Shown in pieces: positions 28,083-32,000 of a stretch of DNA of 32,000 nt. How positions within the stretch are numbered: the first letter of the stretch is position 1; every line of letters begins with the position of its first letter. Both the position numbers and the translations under genes were made by a program. This stretch comes from Microcystis aeruginosa NIES-2549 (GTDB lineage: Bacteria; Cyanobacteriota; Cyanobacteriia; Cyanobacteriales; Microcystaceae): positions 60,001-92,000 of the forward strand of contig NZ_CP011304.1 in NCBI RefSeq assembly GCF_000981785.2, written 5' to 3'. The notes beneath the pieces are model-generated. The model was not told the origin of the DNA. It was given only the letters and a program-made list of their open reading frames with translations, and searched no databases.

Positions 28083-28356
28083 TCTCTTGGATTTTTTGGG
28101 CTAATTTACGGCTGGTTTGTATTTCTGATTCCCATTCTTCTGCTGTGTAATCAATAATGGAAAAACCATACTCAGAGAGAAGTGTATAAAATGTATATTT
28201 ATCGCATCCTAATACTTGTGCGCCAATTCCTGCTGAAATTTTTCCTTCTTGATAAAGATGCCCTAATGTATAAATTATGACTTTACGAGAGAATGCTTCT
28301 TTTTCTTCTCTGGCAGCAATGAGGAGTTCTTCGGGAAATGTTACATTAATGCTCAT
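28066..28356 (-). CDS. UPF0175 family protein (putative antitoxin paired with DUF3368)
   Basis: 96-aa ORF. LYQEGKISAGIGAQVLGCDKYTFYTLLSEYG is typical of UPF0175 (COG2886). Confidence 0.75.
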   Translation of the reverse strand: MSINVTFPEELLIAAREEKEAFSRKVIIYTLGHLYQEGKISAGIGAQVLGCDKYTFYTLLSEYGFSIIDYTAEEWESEIQTSRKLAQKIQENEDNC

Positions 28357-28438
28357 GAGTGTTTAAAGATAATTTGTTTTTCTTGATTTTAGCAGGAATA
28401 ATATCGCTAATTAATTGATGGTTGATAATTAAGATTCT

Positions 28439-28708
28439 CTATATTGTTCTCTTTAGTTGTTTATAAATTTCATCATCGTTTCGTTTGTCAATCAGCAAGA
28501 TTTCTAGTGTTTGCTCCTCAACACGATAAACGATTCGATATTCACCAATATCGGCTCTATGATAGGAGTATCCTTTTAACTTTAGAGAATCTTGGGGATA
28601 GGGATTTGTTCTCAGTTCGGTTATTTTTGTGGCTACTTGTTTGGCGTGTTTATCTGGCAGTTTTTTTAAGCGTTTAGTTGCCTGTCGAGATAGGTTAATC
28701 TTAAGCAT
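28439..28708 (-). CDS. RelE/ParE-family type II toxin
   Basis: 89-aa ORF containing ...LKGYSYHRADIGEYRIVYRVEEQTLEILLIDKRNDDEIY, typical of the RelE/ParE superfamily. Its ATG overlaps the Phd stop (ATGCTTAA, 8-nt overlap). Confidence 0.85.
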   Translation of the reverse strand: MLKINLSRQATKRLKKLPDKHAKQVATKITELRTNPYPQDSLKLKGYSYHRADIGEYRIVYRVEEQTLEILLIDKRNDDEIYKQLKRTI

Positions 28709-28949
28709 TTAAAATTTCTGACAGTAAAGCCTCACTTTCTGTTGTTCCGATAAAACCTTCTTGATGAGCTTTTTCTGCCTGTAAAGCCAAAAGTTGATTT
28801 TCTAACTCGGAAAATCTCTCAAATTCCTCGATTGACAGCACGACTGCAACATTACGTCCCTTTTTTGCTATCTTTACTGGTTCTCTTCGAGCCAAGTCTA
28901 ACAGTTCGCCAAAGCGATTTTTTGCTTCTGAGGCTCCTAATGTTTTCAT
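28701..28949 (-). CDS. Phd/YefM-family type II antitoxin
   Basis: 82-aa ORF with the N-terminal Phd/YefM signature (SEAKNRFGELLDLARREPVKIAKKGRNVAVVLSIEEFE). Confidence 0.85.
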   Translation of the reverse strand: MKTLGASEAKNRFGELLDLARREPVKIAKKGRNVAVVLSIEEFERFSELENQLLALQAEKAHQEGFIGTTESEALLSEILNA

Positions 28950-29016
28950 AACTAACCTTTATAGAAACTAGCCATTATGACCATTTTAGCTATTATAGCA
29001 ATTATTGACAGGAGAA

Positions 29017-32000
29017 TCACCGCCACCAGCGGCTGACTTCTCTAATTGCTTGATGGATTTCTCTTAAAGCGACCTCTCCCCCAAAATGAAGGATTAAAGG
29101 CGCTAAGTTGGGAATAGTTTCGAGGAAATTAGGACGAGTGAGAGTACCCAAAGCCTGAAGGACATCTTGCCAGAAAGATAAGTCAACATTAGCAGGGGTT
29201 AAGGTGGCTGTTAATGCTTCTAATGCCTCTGCACGAGATTCTTCAGACCCAATCCCTCTGGCAATTTCTAAGGCTTCGGGTAACACTTCAGGTAAATGGG
29301 GAGCTAACCGTGTCAATGCCCTTGCACGCAAGTATTCATACTCAATCCCTCTGGCAATTTCTAAGGCTTCGGGTAACACTTCCGGTAAATGGGGAACTAA
29401 ATTGGTCAATGCCCATGCACGGTTATCTTCATCCCTAATCCCTCTGGCAACCGCTAAAGCTTCGGGTAACAAACTGACCGGTAAATGGGGAGCTAACTCT
29501 CTCAATGCCTCTGCACGGTTATCTTCATCCCTAATCCCTCTGGCAACCGCTAAAGCTTCGGGTAACACTTCCGGTAAATAGGGAGCTAACCCTGTCAATG
29601 CCCTTGCACGGTAGTATTCAGACCCAATCCCTCTGGCAATTTCTAAGGCTTCGGGTAACACTTCCGGTAAATAGGGAGCTAACCCGGTCAATGCCCTTGC
29701 ACGGTAGTATTCATACCCAATCCCTCTGGCAATTTCTAAGGCTTCGGGTAACAAACTTTCCGGTAAATGGGGAGCTAACTCTCTCAATGCCTCTGCACGG
29801 TAACGGTAGGACAAAATCCCTCTGGCAATTTCTAAGGCTTCAGGTAATAAACTGGGCAAATGGGGAGCTAACCCTGTCAATGCCCTTCCACGGTCGTATT
29901 TATCCCAAATGGCTCTGGCAATTTCTAAGGCTTCGGGTAACACTTCAGGTAAATAGGGAGCTAACCCTGTCAAGGCTTCTGCACGAGAAAATTTATCGTC
30001 AATGACTCTGGCAAGTTCTAAGGCTTCGGGTAACACTTCAGGTAAATAGGGAGCTAACCCGGTCAATGCCCTTGCACGGTAGTATTCATCCCTAATCCCT
30101 CTGGCAACCGCTAAAGCTTCGGGTAACAAACTGACCGGTAAATAGGGAGCTAACCCGGTCAATGCCTCTGCACGGTCGTATTCATCCCTAATCCCTCTGG
30201 CAATTTCCAAGGCTTCGGATAACACTTCGGGTAAATAGGGAGCTAACCCGGTCAATGCCCTTGCACGGAAGTCTTCAACCCGAATCCCTCTGGCAGCTTC
30301 TAAGGCTTCGGGTAACAAACTTTCCGGTAAATAGGGAGCTAACCCTGTCAATGCCCTTGCACGGAAGTTTTCAACCCGAATCCCTCTGGCAGCTTCTAAA
30401 GCTTCGGGTAACACTTCCGGTAAATAGGGAGCTAACCCGGTCAATGCCCTTGCACGGTAGTATTCATACCCAATCCCTCTGGCAATTTCTAAGGCTTCGG
30501 GTAACACTTCCGGTAAATAGGGAGCTAACCCGGTCAATGCCCAAGCACGGTTGTATTCATACCCAATCCCTCTGGCAACTTCTAAGGCTTCGGGTAACAC
30601 TTCAGGTAAATGAGGAACTAACTCAGTCAATGCCCATGCACGGTCAGATTTATCCCCAATCCCTCTGGCAATTTCTAAGGCTTCGGATAACAAAGTAGAA
30701 GTAAGATAGGGACTAATTGCTGTTAATCCTCCGGCTTGCTTCTCAGAATCTGGATTTTGCCGTACATAAGCCAAACCCTGAGCAGGTGTCCAGATTTCAT
30801 GTTTAATCAGTGCCGCAATTAATTCTGGTGGAATATTAGTCGCCAAACTATTAAGAGAAGTGGTGATTAAAGCATAACGCACCTGTAACCCCATAGACTC
30901 ACTCTTGTTCTCAATAAAATGCTCCTCCGCCAGTTGCCAAGCCCGGGAAACATCCTTAATAAAAACTGCTGTTTTCCCTTCCCTTTCACATTGACTATAC
31001 CAACCATTATGACCTTCTGCGGTTTCTTCCCTCAGTAATAGATGAATCTGGGCTATCTGTCCCGCTTTTTCCAAATGCCAGAGCAATTGATTATAAATAT
31101 AGCCATCATCCTCTAAACTGTGCCAATTTGATCCCCCTAAATCCCCCTTACTAAGGGGGACTTCCACCTCTTTTCCCCCCTTTTCAAGGGGGGTTAGGGG
31201 GGATCTCTCCTTTTCAAGGGGGGTTAGGGGGGATATCTCCTTTTCAAGGGGGGTTAGGGGGGATATCTTAATTTGTCTTTGATACCGTTGTAAAAGTTGC
31301 CCATGCGCTTCAGAAATCGACAAACCTAACCCCGGTAATCGATAATCCGTTTCAGTATTAGGAGACGCTAGGATCAGATTTCGGGCTAAATCATGTAACA
31401 AATCATGGACCCGATAACTCGTTAATAGTTCACTAGAAACCCCCGTTAATAATAAAGCTTTACCCCGTAAATATCTTAAAGTTTGCCTCGCTTCTCTAAC
31501 CGGACAATCCCATAAAGTCGTCGCCATTTTTTCGGTAATGGTAACATCATCGGGTAACACCCCTAACCAGCTAAATTGTCTCAATCTTTGCCCATTTAAC
31601 CGCTTTAAACTGAGATTAAAGCAAGCAATTAAACTATAATGTTTTCGTTTTTCTTCATTGACAGTATCTCCAGCTTCCAAGCGATCTAAAATTTCTAAAT
31701 GAGCGATTTCTGCTCGTAAATCTTCGATTAATTCAGCCCAAGGAATCCCATCTTCAATTTGTGCCGCCGTCAACTCCAAAGCTAAGGGTAAATAACCGAC
31801 AATTTTGGCTAATATTTTGGCTTGTTTCTGATCTGCTAAATTTAATTCATGCTTTAAATAACCCGTTAATAAGGCTAAAGATTGGCTTTCCGTCATCACA
31901 TTCAAATCATAACGAATTGCTCCTTTAACGGGAACTTCCCTAGTGGTTACTAATAATTTACATTGATTTACTGCTACTCTAAAAGGATCAATATCTTCCA
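29017..32000 (-). CDS. NB-ARC (APAF-1/R-protein type) STAND NTPase, 5'-truncated by the window edge, with a C-terminal array of 31-32-aa alpha-solenoid repeats
   Basis: The frame stays open upstream of the track's TTG 'start' at 31905, to the window end (...EDIDPFRVAVNQCKLLVTTREVPVKGAIRYDLNVMTESQSLALL). NB-ARC motifs seen: LLVTTR (sensor-1/RNBS-B), GYLPLAL (GLPL/GxP) and VHDLLHDLA (MHD-like). A helical HD2-like region (DDGYIYNQLLWHLEKAG) follows, then 16 repeats and a 58-aa unique tail. Confidence 0.85.
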   Translation of the reverse strand, partial: EDIDPFRVAVNQCKLLVTTREVPVKGAIRYDLNVMTESQSLALLTGYLKHELNLADQKQAKILAKIVGYLPLALELTAAQIEDGIPWAELIEDLRAEIAHLEILDRLEAGDTVNEEKRKHYSLIACFNLSLKRLNGQRLRQFSWLGVLPDDVTITEKMATTLWDCPVREARQTLRYLRGKALLLTGVSSELLTSYRVHDLLHDLARNLILASPNTETDYRLPGLGLSISEAHGQLLQRYQRQIKISPLTPLEKEISPLTPLEKERSPLTPLEKGGKEVEVPLSKGDLGGSNWHSLEDDGYIYNQLLWHLEKAGQIAQIHLLLREETAEGHNGWYSQCEREGKTAVFIKDVSRAWQLAEEHFIENKSESMGLQVRYALITTSLNSLATNIPPELIAALIKHEIWTPAQGLAYVRQNPDSEKQAGGLTAISPYLTSTLLSEALEIARGIGDKSDRAWALTELVPHLPEVLPEALEVARGIGYEYNRAWALTGLAPYLPEVLPEALEIARGIGYEYYRARALTGLAPYLPEVLPEALEAARGIRVENFRARALTGLAPYLPESLLPEALEAARGIRVEDFRARALTGLAPYLPEVLSEALEIARGIRDEYDRAEALTGLAPYLPVSLLPEALAVARGIRDEYYRARALTGLAPYLPEVLPEALELARVIDDKFSRAEALTGLAPYLPEVLPEALEIARAIWDKYDRGRALTGLAPHLPSLLPEALEIARGILSYRYRAEALRELAPHLPESLLPEALEIARGIGYEYYRARALTGLAPYLPEVLPEALEIARGIGSEYYRARALTGLAPYLPEVLPEALAVARGIRDEDNRAEALRELAPHLPVSLLPEALAVARGIRDEDNRAWALTNLVPHLPEVLPEALEIARGIEYEYLRARALTRLAPHLPEVLPEALEIARGIGSEESRAEALEALTATLTPANVDLSFWQDVLQALGTLTRPNFLETIPNLAPLILHFGGEVALREIHQAIREVSRWWR
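29194..30714 (-). repeat. intragenic tandem array: 16 units of 93 or 96 bp (31-32 aa; consensus EALEIARGI-xxxxx-RAxALTGLAPYLPEVLP)
   Basis: Units were counted from the translation (residues about 398-904 of the track ORF). A 106-nt perfect duplicate occurs at 29648-29753 and 30401-30506 (offset 753 nt = 8 units). Confidence 0.95.
31177..31266 (-). repeat. three tandem 30-bp G6-rich units inside the STAND ORF (encoding ISPLTPLEKE x3), adjacent to a 19-nt palindrome at 31142-31160
   Basis: Plus-strand units at 31177-31206, 31207-31236 and 31237-31266. The last two are identical (ctccttttcaaggggggttaggggggatat) and the first differs at 2 positions. Confidence 0.9.

Noticed and set aside
29204-30698. 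Plus-strand ORFs (29204-29581, 29214-29438, 29598-30005, 30255-30698) with repetitive translations such as MPLHGSIHTQSLWQFLRLRVTLPVN
   Set aside because: They are antisense shadows of the minus-strand repeat array. Each is interrupted, whereas the minus strand carries one continuous ORF of more than 960 codons with recognisable NB-ARC motifs.
29194-30714. Regularly spaced, roughly 93-bp periodic repeats that could be mistaken for a CRISPR array
   Set aside because: There are no unique spacers between short repeats. The whole unit is repeated, the period is a multiple of 3, and the region is a single open reading frame.
29194-30714. Diversity-generating retroelement (DGR) as the source of the hypervariable patches
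   Set aside because: No reverse transcriptase or template repeat is visible in the window. The variation is not the adenine-specific pattern expected of DGRs, as far as can be judged by eye.

Overview
This looks like a chromosomal segment of a unicellular cyanobacterium. Support comes from HIP1 GCGATCGC palindromes (e.g. 1611-1618, 6946-6953), STRR-like heptamer repeats, and protein sequences typical of Synechocystis/Microcystis orthologues. Microcystis-like is my best guess and cannot be verified here. Positions 1-26.6 kb are mainly core genes: hemA (partial), glpX, a TauE-family exporter, a DUF1400 hydrolase, an AT-rich SBP+MscS gene pair and a CrtO-type ketolase. They continue with a STAS / REC-PP2C / RsbW-like partner-switching set whose kinase gene overlaps a tandem-rhodanese gene, an NYN/LabA protein, secreted phytase-like and TPR proteins, queA, a TM-TPR-trypsin protease, gcvT, an NFACT/RqcH homologue and proS. 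Intergenic regions carry several dispersed small-repeat families. From about 26.6 kb to the window end there is an accessory, defence-island-like block, all on the minus strand. It contains a large NB-ARC (STAND) NTPase gene whose 5' end lies beyond position 32000. That gene carries about 16 near-identical 31-32-aa repeats with a hypervariable patch in each unit, and an in-frame G6-rich palindromic repeat insertion. It is followed by Phd/RelE and UPF0175/DUF3368(PIN) toxin-antitoxin pairs, an orphan antitoxin-like ORF and a truncated MNT-type nucleotidyltransferase. The STAND gene and its TA neighbourhood are the best candidate for an uncharacterised NLR-like conflict system. No rRNA, tRNA or CRISPR array was found.
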